From Squalus acanthias (lineage: Eukaryota): a stretch of 64,000 nucleotides of DNA. Every line of letters starts with the position of its first letter. The stretch's first letter is position 1. Below the pieces are notes generated by a model that was not told the DNA's origin, searched no databases, and saw nothing but the letters and a program-made list of their open reading frames with translations. The stretch spans positions 152,460,001-152,524,000 of the forward strand of contig CM059431.1 of assembly GCA_030390025.1 (NCBI GenBank), given 5' to 3'. The translations under genes were made by a program, and so were the position numbers. Positions 13,420 to 24,900 of the stretch are shown here, one piece after another.

Positions 13420-14900
13420 TAAGTTCCGCCATTCAATAAGATCACGGCTGATCTTGTACCTCATCTCCACTTTCCTCCACATCCCTTGAATCCATTAATA
13501 TTCAGAATCTATCGATCTCTGTCTTACATAGAAACAAGGAGCACGAGTAGGCCATTCAGCCCGTCGAGCCTGCTCCACCATTCAATACGATCATGGCTGA
13601 TCATCCAAGTCCAGTACCCTGTCCCTGCTTTAATCCCCACAGTACACATATCCCACCCTACCCCCGTAACCCCACGTATTTAATTCCCCCTAACATATCC
13701 CATCCTATTCCCATAACCCCACATATTTAATCCCCCCCTAACACTAAGGGTCAATTTATCGTAGCCAAATCAACCTAACCCGCACATTTTTGGACTGTGG
13801 GAGGAAACCGGAGCACCCGGAGGAAACCCACGCAGACACGGGGAGAATGTGCAAACTCCACACAGACAGTCACCCGAGGTCAGATTCGAACCCGGGTCCC
13901 TGGCGCTGTGAGGCACCAGTGCTAACCACTATGCCACCGTGTCTTGAATATACTGAAAGACTGAGCCTCCACAGCCCAATCCAATTCCAAAGATTCACCA
14001 TCCTCTGAGTGAAAAAATATCTCCTCATCTCAGGCCTAAATGGTCGACCCTTTATTCTGAGACTTTGACCTCTGGTTGTAGACTCCCCAGCCAGGGGAAA
14101 CATCCTCGCTGCATCTACCCTGTCAAGTCCTGTAAGAATTTTGTATGTTTCAATGAGATCACCTCTCATTCTTCGAAACTCGAGAGAATATAGGCCTAGT
14201 CTACTCAATCTCACCGCATAGGACAATGCCCCCATCCTCGGAACCATTCTCGTGAATCTTCGTTGCGCTCCCTCTATGGTAAATATATCCTTCCTTAGGT
14301 AAGGAGACCAAAATTGTACACAATACTCCAGGTTTGGTCTCACCAGGGCCCTATATAATTGCAGTAAGTCGTCTTTACACTTATACTCAAAATCTTTTGT
14401 AATAAAGTCCAACATACCATTTGCTATCCTAATTGCTTACTGTACCTGCTTGTTAACTTTCATTGGATCTTGTACAAGGACAGTCGTTCCCTCTGAACAC
14501 CAACATTTCCCAATCCCTTACAATTTAAAAAAATTCTCTGATTTTCATCCCAATGTGGATAACTTCATATTTCTCCACATTATATTCCAATTGTCATGTT
14601 CTTGCTAATTCACTTAGCCTGTCTATATCCCCTTGAAGTCTTCTTGCATCCTCTTCACAACTTACAATCACCCAGCTTTGTATCATCAGCAAATCTGGAT
14701 ATATTACATTGGGTCCCATCATCAAAATCATTGAACTAGATTGTGAATAGCTGAGGCCCAAGCACTGATCCTTGCGGCACGCCACCAGTTACAGACTGCC
14801 AACCCGTTTATTCCTACTCTCTGTTTTCTGTCCGTTAACCAATTCTCAATCCATGAAAGTAAAATACACCCAAATCCCTGAGTCCTAATTTTGTTTATAG
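13420..14900 (-). mobile_element. CR1 LINE 3' fragment (RT C-terminal part) interrupted by the SINE
   Basis: LYRALVRPNLEYCVQFWSPY and LEFRRMRGDLIETYKI motifs. Confidence 0.85.
13525..13942 (-). mobile_element. tRNA-derived V-SINE (HE1-like)
   Basis: Minus strand has A box TGGCATAGTGG, B box GGTTCGAATC, V-domain-like core (GTTTGCACATTCTCCCCGTGTCTGCGTGGGTTTCC) and CR1-like tail. Confidence 0.8.
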
Positions 14901-15970
14901 ACTCATAGAGTCATAACGGAACAGAAGGAGGCCATTGGGCCCAACGAGTCCGTGCCGGCTCTCTCTAGAGCAATCCAGTCAGCCCCAGTCCCCCACTTAT
15001 CCCTGTAGCCCTGCAAAATTATTTCCCTCAAATGCCTATCCAGTCTCCCCTTGAAAACATTGAGTGTCTCCGCTTCTACCACTTTCGTCGGCAGCGAATT
15101 CTAGTTCATCACCACTCGCTGTGTACATTTTTTTTCCTCATATCCCCCTGCATCTCTTGGCCAAAACCTTAAATCTATGTCCCATAGGCCTTGTACCATC
15201 AACTAGTGGGAACAGCCTTTCCCACTCCAGTCTATCCAAAACCGTCATTATATTGTACATCTCTATCAAATCACCCCTCAACCTCCTTTGCTCTAATGAA
15301 AACAAATCCATCTTCTCCAACATGTCCTTGTAGCTAAGATTCCCCCATCCCCGGAACCATTCTGCTAAAACTATTCTGCACCCTCTCAAGTGCATTCACA
15401 GCCTTCCTAAAGTGTGGTGACCAGACATGGACGCAATACTCCAGTTGTGGCCTAACCAGCGCTCTATAAAGTGTCAGCATAACTTATCGAGCTTTGTACA
15501 CAATACCACTACTTATGAAGCCCAAGGTCCCATATGCTTTGTTAACCACTCTCTCAATATGTCCTGCAACCTTCAGGGACCTATGCACATTAACTCCCAG
15601 GTCCCTCTGTCCCTGCACACTCTTTAAATATGTGCCATTATAAGTATATTGCCTCTCCCTGTTGCTTGTGCCAAAAATGCATCACCTCACACTTCTCTGT
15701 ATTAAATTTAATCTGCCACTTCTCTGTCCATTCTGCCAGCCTTTCTATATTCTGCTGCAGTCGATTGATATTATCATCAATGCTTGCCATTCCCCCAAGC
15801 TTGGTGTCATCGGCACATTTGGAAGTTCTACTCTTATTTCCAATAACCATGTCTTTTATATGTATCAAAAATGCAGTGGCCCCAGCACCGACCATTGGGG
15901 AACACCACTGTCTATCATCCTGCAGACTGCAAAACAGCCATTTACAGCAACTCGCTGTTTATTGTCCTTA
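14900..15970 (-). mobile_element. CR1 LINE 3' fragment
   Basis: SGVPQWSVLGP, ADDTKLGG and LEQRRLRGDLIE motifs. Confidence 0.85.
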
Positions 15971-15974
15971 AACA

Positions 15975-17188
15975 GGGGGGGGGGGGAGAACTCTAGAATG
16001 CTCAAGAGAAAAGACAAGAAAACAGTGCAGGAAAGTAATTGGGGTAAGGATAACCAGATTGTGTCAGGAAGGGACAGAGCGTAGAAACAACGAAGTGCAC
16101 TAAAAAATAGGGACCGGGTAAGAAAAAATGGTAATAAACAAATTGGGACATAATAAAAAAAAATGTTTAATATGTCTAAAAATGTTAAAAATACAAATCT
16201 AAAGGCACTGTATCTGAATGCACGAAGCATTCGTAATAAGGTAGACGAACTAACAGCGCAAATAGATGTAAATGGATACGATATCATTGTGATTCCGGAG
16301 ACCTGGCTGCAGGGTGTCCAAGACTGGGAGCTGAATATCCAAGGATATTCGATATTAAGGAAGGACAGGCAAAAAAGAAAAGGAGGTGGGTGGCTTTGTT
16401 AGTAAAGGAAGTAATCAGAGCAATAGTGACAAAGGATATTGGCTCAGAAAATCAAGATGTAGAATCAGTCTGGATGGAGCTAAGAAGCCCAAGGGGCAGA
16501 ACACATTGGTGGGAGTTGTCGAAAGGCCTCCAAAGAGTAGTGCTATTTTAGGGGATGGAATCAAACTGGAAATTATAGATGCATGTAAAAAGGGTACTAT
16601 AGTAATCATGTGTGACTTTAATCTACATATAGACTGGCTAAACCAAATTAGCAATAATACTGTGGAGGATGAATTCCTGGAGTGTGTACGAGATGTCTTT
16701 TTGGATCAGTACGTTGAGGAGCCAACTGGGGAACAGGCTATCCTAGATTGGGTATTGTGCACTGAGAAGGGTTTAAATAATAATCGTGTTGTGCAGAGTC
16801 CTTTAGGGAAGAGAGACCAGAACATGAGGAATTCTTCATTTAGATGGAATGTCATGAAGTTCAATCCGAAACTAGGGTCCTAACTCTAAACAAAGGAAAC
16901 TACGAAGGTATGAGGAGTGAGTTGGCTATGATAGATTGGGGAGCTTCATTAAAAGCCATGCTGGTCGATAGGCAGTGGCTAACATTTTGGGAACAAATGC
17001 ATGAATTGCGACAGTTATACATTCCTTGCTGGCGCAAAACACAAAAGGAAAAGCAGCCCAAACATGGCGAACAAAATAAATTAAGTATAGTATTAGATCC
17101 AAAGGGGAGTCATATCAAGTTGCCAGAAAAAGCAGGCTGTAAAAGCTTCTACAAGTATGTAAAAAGAAAAAGATTAGTGAAGACAAAT
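15975..17188 (+). mobile_element. CR1 LINE ORF2 5' part (endonuclease), interrupted by the provirus
   Basis: YLNARSIRNKVDEL, ETWL, DFN and ILDWVL motifs; reading continues at 29881. Confidence 0.85.
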
Positions 17189-18813
17189 TGTAAGGGATTC
17201 TGACCCTGCGTGTCTCGCAGCCTGTGAGATTCACGTGGCTCTGTGCAGCCTGTATGTCAGTGCGGGTCTAGGCCTTGTTGCCTGTTCTGGTCTCCAGCCA
17301 GTCTGGGAACACTAGACACACCTGTGAGTGGTTCGAATCACTCGCCCTTACGGTTCTAGACACTGGACTTAGATGCGAGAGCAGTAATGGAGATAAAACT
17401 CATGTAGACTCGGTTTGAATGGTACGAAATGGAAAATCATTATTGCATGATACTTAAGATTATGAAATACATGTCATAAGCACAGATTAATGACAGTACA
17501 ATCTTACAAGCAGTTATATAGTCGATCTTAGGGAAACGAGGAACGAACGGCACACAGTAAATAGGGGCACACATTACAAATATCCTTAATCCTTAAACCC
17601 TCCCCTATCAATATCTATCCTAACTAGATTCGTAGGATTTCGAGACTCATGCTCACCACTCGTGATAACTCGGAGCAATTCCGAATAGCTGATCGGATGT
17701 TTTTCACCGCAGCACCCACGTGTTGGTCAGGAGATCTCCTGGTCCCACTTGTTTACTTGCTTCTGCTGCTCCGGCTAGCAGGCTGGACCGTCTGCTGTGA
17801 TGAAGACCTGTGTTGGTTGGTTTAACAGGTACTTTTCCGAGCACAGTTGTCAATATCATCGATGTGATATGTTCTTTGCAAGTTCGAAGAAGTCTTCCTG
17901 GCAAGGAAAACTTGGCTGTTCGACCTACAGGCGCGGTCGGGATTTACTGACCGTGGCGATGAATATGGTCTTCCTCTCTTCTCATCTCATCTCATCTCAT
18001 CTCATCTCGGGCCTTTGGTTCCGCTGCCAGTTACCAACATAGGTCTTCGTTACGCGACACGAGGTAGATCCGAACGGATCAGAAAGTTCAACAGTCCTTT
18101 TCAAAGAGTCAACAGGCAAGCAGGAGCCCGACTACGAGTACACAGGAGCAGCCACGAGGTTACGAGTCGATCGGATAAGAGAAAGATGGACGGTTTGGAG
18201 CCTGCAATTATAGTGCAAAATCTTCCGTTTCCCGCCCAACCTTAATGTCCATTCTTTTGTTCAGGGTCTGGCGCTCAAATGTCTTGTATGGGTGATTTCC
18301 GTTCTTAATGGGTTTCGGGGCTACTCGTAAATGTCTGAGTACCTGTTAATATTTCTCCCATTGTTAAATCGGTCGGTGTTCTCCCTGGAGGGGTTGTGGG
18401 GCTTCCAAGTGTTTTGTATAACTACCTGTTAACGGCTCTCTCATCGTAGAGTCGTTGGGATTTTACATATTAATGTCTTTTGGATGGGCCCTTGATTACT
18501 CGGTACAATGGCTTTCATTTGTACCTGGGAGACCGATTTCAGTATTTATGTGTATACTGCAAACCAATAATGTCTCGTGTATTATCTTCACTGTGCTGAA
18601 TCTTAATCGATCTTGCACAAATGTTTATTGGAACGCCATCTTGTCTGCCTGTTGAAAAGTCTAGAATGTTCTGTCACGAGGTGCGGCGGCCATTTTACAG
18701 GCTGCTTGTGTCCACTTTAAACCTGGCAGCATTCTGCTGAAATAAAAGCTGTTTGAACGAAACTCTGTGTTTTCTCCTTATTAATAAAATCGCGATATAT
18801 TGCGAATTCTACA
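17189..18813 (-). repeat. 3' LTR (1625 bp)
   Basis: Direct repeat of 28251-29880; TG...CA termini. Confidence 0.97.
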
Positions 18814-18825
18814 GTCCCTCCTGTT
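18814..18825 (-). other. Polypurine tract
   Basis: Minus strand AACAGGAGGGAC immediately precedes the TGTAG start of the 3' LTR. Confidence 0.7.
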
Positions 18826-19263
18826 GATGCGAATAACTCCGCTTATCGTATCAAAAATCATAGTGGTGAGCAATATTATCTCGATTTCTCTCCGAATCCA
18901 GCAAATTAATCCCATAATTTTAACCTAGCTAGGGTCTCTGTGTCGTCCTTATTTCCCAAGAAAATTACATTTTATATCACCGTAGGCATTATTTGCCCTT
19001 AAACTTACACCACTTGTTTTCCTTCCCGGCGTAACCAGGCCGATGCCTCTCGTATCACCTGTATATTCATCTTTTATTCAGGGAAAGGAAAAACAAAACC
19101 CAAAACCAAACAATCATTTTTAACTGTAACACCATTACCAAAATAATCAACACCAACTCTTAAAACATGTCGAGTTCCCAACGTATTTACAATCTCTGAA
19201 AATCATGATCGAGTACAAACTTCCGCGGCGCACGTGGCGAGCGGGAGTGACGCCATTTTCCGA

Positions 19264-21615
19264 TCACACGGTGCTTTCATCATGCACGCGCACGTAACGT
19301 TCTCGCCACTCTCCCGTGTTTTCATGCTTGGTGAGGCGCTTGTCTCTTTTACAATGTACGACCAATAGGTACACTACAATGAAAACTTGGCATACGACTA
19401 AAATGTGGAAGGCTATTCTGATCCATGAGGGCACTTCAATATTGGTGAACAGATTCCACCACGGTGGAACTACTATATCCAGAATGTCTGTCCCTATTTC
19501 GACAGTTTTCTGTTCTAATGTGTAAAAATGTTTCTGTGATACCGCGACGGCTTTTAAAAGTTTGGTGAGGTGTTCAGGGAGAGGGGGAATGAGGTATCCA
19601 AAATGCGCGACGAATCGCTGCAAGTCGGTGAAATTCTCTTTTACTGTGAGATGAACAGTGGATGGTTCAGGGATTGGGACAATTCGCTGTTGTGCTACTT
19701 GAACTTCCGCCCTGGGTTTAAAACAGAAACTGCTGTCACTCACCGGACACCGGCTGCGGTTTCCATGCTGGTAGTGTTGCGCTGCAGTGGTAACACAATA
19801 TGTTCCACCCCCGATGTATGCTACCTGCGGAGGCACATGATCTTGTGCCATTGCCTCCATGGTGCAATTCATGGACTTGGCGCCAGTCGTTCTGAACCCA
19901 CACTGTAGTGTTAAAAAGGCATTCAAGTGCTGGGGGCACAGTATTATGTGTGCTCCCCTGCCACGACAACCAGAGAGATCTGTACCTGTCATCGTTTGCT
20001 CCCAGCGGATGACGTAAGGTGGAACCGCTGCATAACGAATGTGGGCTCCCCCCTGAATGACACCAATGTTCTCTACCCGATACACCGGGGCGGGCTTTGG
20101 TGTGTCGCCCAAAACCGGCATGCGTAATACTATTCCCATAATAGTATGGTTTGATCGTCCGCAGTCCACGGGGACTGGGTATGCTTCTGAAGCTAGCCTG
20201 AGCTGGCACGGACTTAATGCGTTCTGAAAAGGGTGGAGCGCCCGCAGGTGTTTGTTACTTATCCAGGACGGAACCAAACCTTGTTTTAAATCCTCCAGAT
20301 TACTGCGGCCCTCGCCCAGTAACCACGCCCCGTAAAGCACGCACACCTCGTTCTGCGCAGCTTGATCGGATGCATTCCGATCTTCCCTAATCAGGGCATT
20401 TACCGTTTTTGCATGTTTCACCAGCTCTGCTATAATTTCCTTTAAATGGAGAGTCATGGCTTGGTCCTCGTGTAAACCTGACCCTACCACTTTATTCTCA
20501 TCTGTTAGAATGTCTTTTAATTGTGTCTTTAAACCATTAATCTGGGTCTGCAGCTCCACACTGTCTAGAGCGTTGACCACAGATGTACCCGTGTTAAAAG
20601 TAGTGAACGCATCGTTCACCAAACCCCTTCTTTGCCTCCCTACTTGATCCAAAACTTCCTGTGGTGCGGTGTACAAACTTGTTTTATCAATTTCCGCGAA
20701 ATCGAATTCGTAAAATTGTCTGCACATCTTGGTCAACAGGACCTGATACAACTGTTCCGTCTTTTTGGGGCACCACTCTGGTAACCGCACCTCGGTGAGA
20801 TTTAAAATCACCGAGGCCACCGCGTAATGTACTCCCTGAAATAGTATCTGGTCTGTGGGGACCAGTACCAAACCATTCCCGGGTCCCTTACTAGTTTTAG
20901 GGCACCCTTCTTCCTCAGCTAGAACCACCGGAATCGTGGGCGGGGCTTTGCGTGGGCGCGTAATGAGCTCAGTGGCATTTACTGGGATCGGGGAGAATGG
21001 GGCTCCGCACCCCCTGGTGCTCGCATCCCACCTCATCCCCTGTCCGTTATCCTGCCATTGATTAATGAAAAATATGGAGATGCCTTTGGGGCAAACGTAC
21101 TTTGACCCCCACATACATACATAAATTCCCTCGTCCGGTTCCCACCATTTGTCCCAACAGACTTTCACTTGTCCGTTTGTCCCCGTAATTGTCCGATGGG
21201 TATTATTACCCAGTCGTTCCCACTCGACCGAAGAGTTCCTCATAGTTTTGCTCAGCTTTCGCAGCCACCACCATCGGCTCAATGGGACATTCCCACTACA
21301 AGTCAAACAAATCCGTTTGCCGACGGTGACGCTGATCCTGGGTGCGATGATCCTTACTTTGGGGCACAGTAAAGAAGTCTCTTTGTAGGCAAACCCCGAT
21401 GTGCTAGAATACTCCGTTGAGTTCGTTCCCAGCCATCCTGGCCACCTTCCCTTGTGGAAATAGGTGCTGGTCTCCTCTGCCTCCCGTCTTCTGGTCCCAT
21501 CCACCGCGATGGGGGCCGTGTCCCCGGAACATCCAAACACCACAACATCCTTGGTGCGGCCTCGATAGGCCAATCCACATCCGATTGCCGCGAGCAATAC
21601 TAGAATTCGTTCCAT
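19264..21615 (-). CDS. env: Envelope/fusion glycoprotein (783 aa from ATG 21615; open frame extends to 21798): signal peptide, Ig-like domain, F-type fusion module, TM anchor
   Basis: Signal peptide MERILVLLAAIGCGLA; RQRR furin site (20637-20626) followed by fusion-peptide/heptad region; Cys-rich region; multiple N-glycosylation sequons; C-terminal TM IAFHILVVCQVFIVVYLLVV. Confidence 0.9.
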   Translation of the reverse strand: MERILVLLAAIGCGLAYRGRTKDVVVFGCSGDTAPIAVDGTRRREAEETSTYFHKGRWPGWLGTNSTEYSSTSGFAYKETSLLCPKVRIIAPRISVTVGKRICLTCSGNVPLSRWWWLRKLSKTMRNSSVEWERLGNNTHRTITGTNGQVKVCWDKWWEPDEGIYVCMWGSKYVCPKGISIFFINQWQDNGQGMRWDASTRGCGAPFSPIPVNATELITRPRKAPPTIPVVLAEEEGCPKTSKGPGNGLVLVPTDQILFQGVHYAVASVILNLTEVRLPEWCPKKTEQLYQVLLTKMCRQFYEFDFAEIDKTSLYTAPQEVLDQVGRQRRGLVNDAFTTFNTGTSVVNALDSVELQTQINGLKTQLKDILTDENKVVGSGLHEDQAMTLHLKEIIAELVKHAKTVNALIREDRNASDQAAQNEVCVLYGAWLLGEGRSNLEDLKQGLVPSWISNKHLRALHPFQNALSPCQLRLASEAYPVPVDCGRSNHTIMGIVLRMPVLGDTPKPAPVYRVENIGVIQGGAHIRYAAVPPYVIRWEQTMTGTDLSGCRGRGAHIILCPQHLNAFLTLQCGFRTTGAKSMNCTMEAMAQDHVPPQVAYIGGGTYCVTTAAQHYQHGNRSRCPVSDSSFCFKPRAEVQVAQQRIVPIPEPSTVHLTVKENFTDLQRFVAHFGYLIPPLPEHLTKLLKAVAVSQKHFYTLEQKTVEIGTDILDIVVPPWWNLFTNIEVPSWIRIAFHILVVCQVFIVVYLLVVHCKRDKRLTKHENTGEWRERYVRVHDESTV

Positions 21616-21904
21616 CCTTCCTTGGTTCCTGTGATCAGATAGAATGAGGTAGCCAGCCTCGCAAGAGTCTCTGGCTTCTGTGAAGGGTGAGCGGGTCCCC
21701 TGACCTCGCCTCACGTAAACTTCAACGTTCGCTGAATAAACTTTAACTAAACCTATCCTTAAAGCTCCCATCATTTTATCGTTTTCTGTTAAAAACACTA
21801 CAATCTTAACCTTATCAAAAAAACTATAAACTTAACCTTGAACTATAAACTTAAGACTTAAAACTTATAACTTTACAGTGCCGCCCGTTCTCAGGGCGGC
21901 CCCT

Positions 21905-24900
21905 TTAAATTCTGAGAAGGCTGCTGCGAGCTCTTCCCGACGGTGGGAGGGCACTGACCCTTCCCTTTGATCTGCCGCAGCCTGTTGCTGCACTGACCCC
22001 TTCCTCTGATCTGCCGCAGCCTGTTGCTGCTGCGATGGGGCCGGGCTGTATCTGGGTTGCCTTAACCTTAAGTCTACGCCTTGGGGCAGTCTGGGGACAT
22101 GACCACATCCTCCTGGGCTGGGGTTCTCTACTTGACCTACGGGGAGTTGCTATGGGCGGGGGTTCCGTGACGGACGGACCGGGTTCCGAGACTTCCATCG
22201 GGATGACCTGGGGTTCCATCACAGTCGCTGGCTCCGCCTCCGCTGACTCCGCCTCCCTAACCTCGGGGCTTGCAGTTTGTGGCCCCGCCCTGCTCGGCCC
22301 AGCAGGCGGCCCTTCACTCGTGATCTCTGCCTCCCCCGAGGGCGGGACGTTCAAAACGGGCGGCCACATCTCTGGGAGCCACACCGGTACTCTCTGTGCT
22401 CCCATAGCGGCTGGCCCTGCCTCCCCTAGCTCCTCCCTCCTGTCTTCGGGACCTGCAGCTTGTGTGTCCACCCTGTGTGGATCTCTACCTGCAGCCCCCG
22501 TTCCCTCCATATCGTAAATGGGACCGTTCCTGAGAAACCACCCGTCGTCATCACTATTCTCATCTGCACTGTCCTCATCTGACCCGGGTACCCTGAATTC
22601 TTCCTCATCTAACCCCCAATTCCAGAAAAACGCTGCATGATCGTCCGGGATGTCCCTTCCCCTGATGCAAGCTGCTATGCCTGCCTGTGTGCCTTGTGGT
22701 CCTACCTGGGGCTGTGCTTTCCCACTGGCGGGATTTACCCCTGTAGTTTTCCCCTGCGCACCTGGCTGGTACAGTTTGCATTGGTTTATGTGGAACCACT
22801 TAGTGCGCCGAGGTACTTTTACGGCGTAAACCATGGGACTCACCTTGTCTACAATGTTGTAGGGTCCCATATACAGTGGTTCCAGACTCCCTACTCTGGC
22901 GTAGTTTCTGACCATGACCTGGTCTCCTACTTCCCACTCCCGCGTTTTGCGGGGTTCCAGCAACAAGCGATTGCCCTGATGCTGCCTTCCCATGTTCCCA
23001 GCCGCCTGCTCATAAACCTGTTTCAGGCGCTCCAAGAGAGTCTGGGCGAACTTGTCCCTGCTTATCTCTTGGAGCTGACCCTCAGTGAGCACCGGCGCTA
23101 GCACATGGGTGGGGGTTCGCATGAGCCTCCCAGTCATTACCTCGTGCGGGGAGTACCCCGTACTTTTTGACTGACTGGCCCGGACCCCCATGAGGACTAA
23201 AGGCAGAACCTCCGCCCATTTTTGGGGCGAGTTCCTAGTCTCTTTCCTCAATTTCTCCTTCAGGGTCCGGTTCATACGTTCAACAATCCCGGATGACTGG
23301 GGATTGTGTGCTACGTGCCACTTCCCTTCAATGCCCAAAAGCATGAGGGTGTTCTGCATCACCTGGCCGGTGAAATGACTCCCTTGGTCTGACTCCACAA
23401 AACGGGGAAGTCCCCACCGCGAGAACACTTCCCGGACCAAGATTTTTGCTGTACCCAGTGCCGTAGCTGTTCGACAAGGGAAGGCTTCCACCCACTTGGA
23501 AAACACATCCACCAGGACGAGGCAGTACTTATAACCTCCCTGGGTGGTGGGCAGGGGTCCTATGTAGTCGATCTGTATCGACTGCCATGGTCCCTCTACC
23601 CTTCTTACGTGTCCCATGGGCACCTTCCTTTTCTGGGGGTCTGGGTTGTTTGCAGCGCACACAAGACAGCTTGCACAGAACTCGCGGACTTGTTCCCTGA
23701 GCCCTGGCCACCATCCCGCTTGCTCTACCCGTTGCCAGGTAACCTCGGGCCCGGGGTGCCCTGCCCCTGGTCCCTCGTGAGCCAACTGGAGGAATTCCCT
23801 CCTGTGCTGCTGCGGCACAACCCACTGCTCCTCGCGGAACAGCATGCCTTCCTTAACTGAGAGGGTTGCCGTACTGTACGGACCTTCTACCTGTCTCCCC
23901 TCAGCAATGGTTTTTAGGACTGCTTTTAGGGCGGGATCCTGGGCTTGGACGGTCTTAAGGTCTAGGGGCAATGCTACCCTGGTGTTCCCGGGATTCCCGT
24001 CCCTGCCTCGGACCGCTGCTATGGGTCTGGTCCCATAGGGGTTCCAGAAAATGCCGTTGCGGGCACCTTCCCTGGCTAGCGCATCCGCCTGCTGGTTGCC
24101 CTCCCCACGGGGCTCTGTGGAGGAGTGAGCTTTCACCTTATGGATGAAAATCTCTCCTTCCTCTCCTACTGCTGCTGCTAAGATCTTTTCCAGCAAGGGC
24201 TTCACCGTTAAAGGTCGCCCGTCCGCGGAGGTGTATCCACGGCGGGACCAAATGGCCAGGTATTCCGTACACGAATTGCAGGTGAACATACTGTCCGAGC
24301 AAATCGTGTATGGGGTTGGGAAAATGTCTGGGTGGGTAACAACGTACACCACGGCAGACAGCTCAGCCTGCTGCGCGCTCATGGTGCTGGGGAGCTTGAT
24401 CGCCAGGGCAAGGTTTGCCGCAGGGTCATAAACTCCACACCCTGTGAGTCGTTCGCCAGCAGATACTGTGCTAGACCCATCAACATAAATCTCGCGCCCA
24501 GTGGGATGTATCCCGGCCCGTAAACCTATGTTGACGTCCCACACCCCTTCCACCGAACTGGCTGTACCGGGGTATACCAAATTGGCCGCAAGCCTGGGCT
24601 CGCAAAGACCTTTTACTCTAAGATCCAAATGGGAGAGAAGAAGGGTCCAGCGCGCAATGCGCACGCTGCTTACGGTCCCATCTTTAATCCTCCCATCCAG
24701 AAGCATCTTAGTTGGTGTGTGATGTGTGAGGAGAGTGATGGGAGAGAGCCCTATGAAGATCGCTGATCTTTTCACAGCCCAATGCGTGGCTAAAAGGTGC
24801 CTTTCGCAATTGGAGAAACTTCTCTCCACATCCGTTAACACCCTGGATGAATAGACAACCGGCCTCAGCTTGCCGTGACGCTCTTGGAGCAGCACAGCGC

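Larger units (their letters stand above)
7940..13420 (+). repeat. 26-bp minisatellite array (consensus CTCTAACATTACTGGTGGTGACCCTA), interrupted by RTE and SINE insertions
   Basis: Head-to-tail 26-nt periodicity (e.g. units at 8401 and 8427), with variable degeneracy. Confidence 0.95.

Noticed and set aside
7940..13420. 26-bp repeats resembling a CRISPR array
   Set aside because: Units are head-to-tail with no unique spacers, there are no cas genes and the context is eukaryotic; it is a minisatellite
13870..13942. tRNA gene
   Set aside because: A/B boxes belong to a SINE head continuing into V-domain and tail; no complete cloverleaf
17704..18655. Short ORFs duplicated in both LTRs
   Set aside because: 60-90 aa, mostly non-ATG starts, one frame altered by the microsatellite indel; duplication is explained by the LTRs
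22035..23101. Antisense ORFs (160 aa, 154 aa) opposite pol as possible HBZ-like accessory genes
   Set aside because: No recognisable motifs; expected by chance opposite a GC-rich coding region
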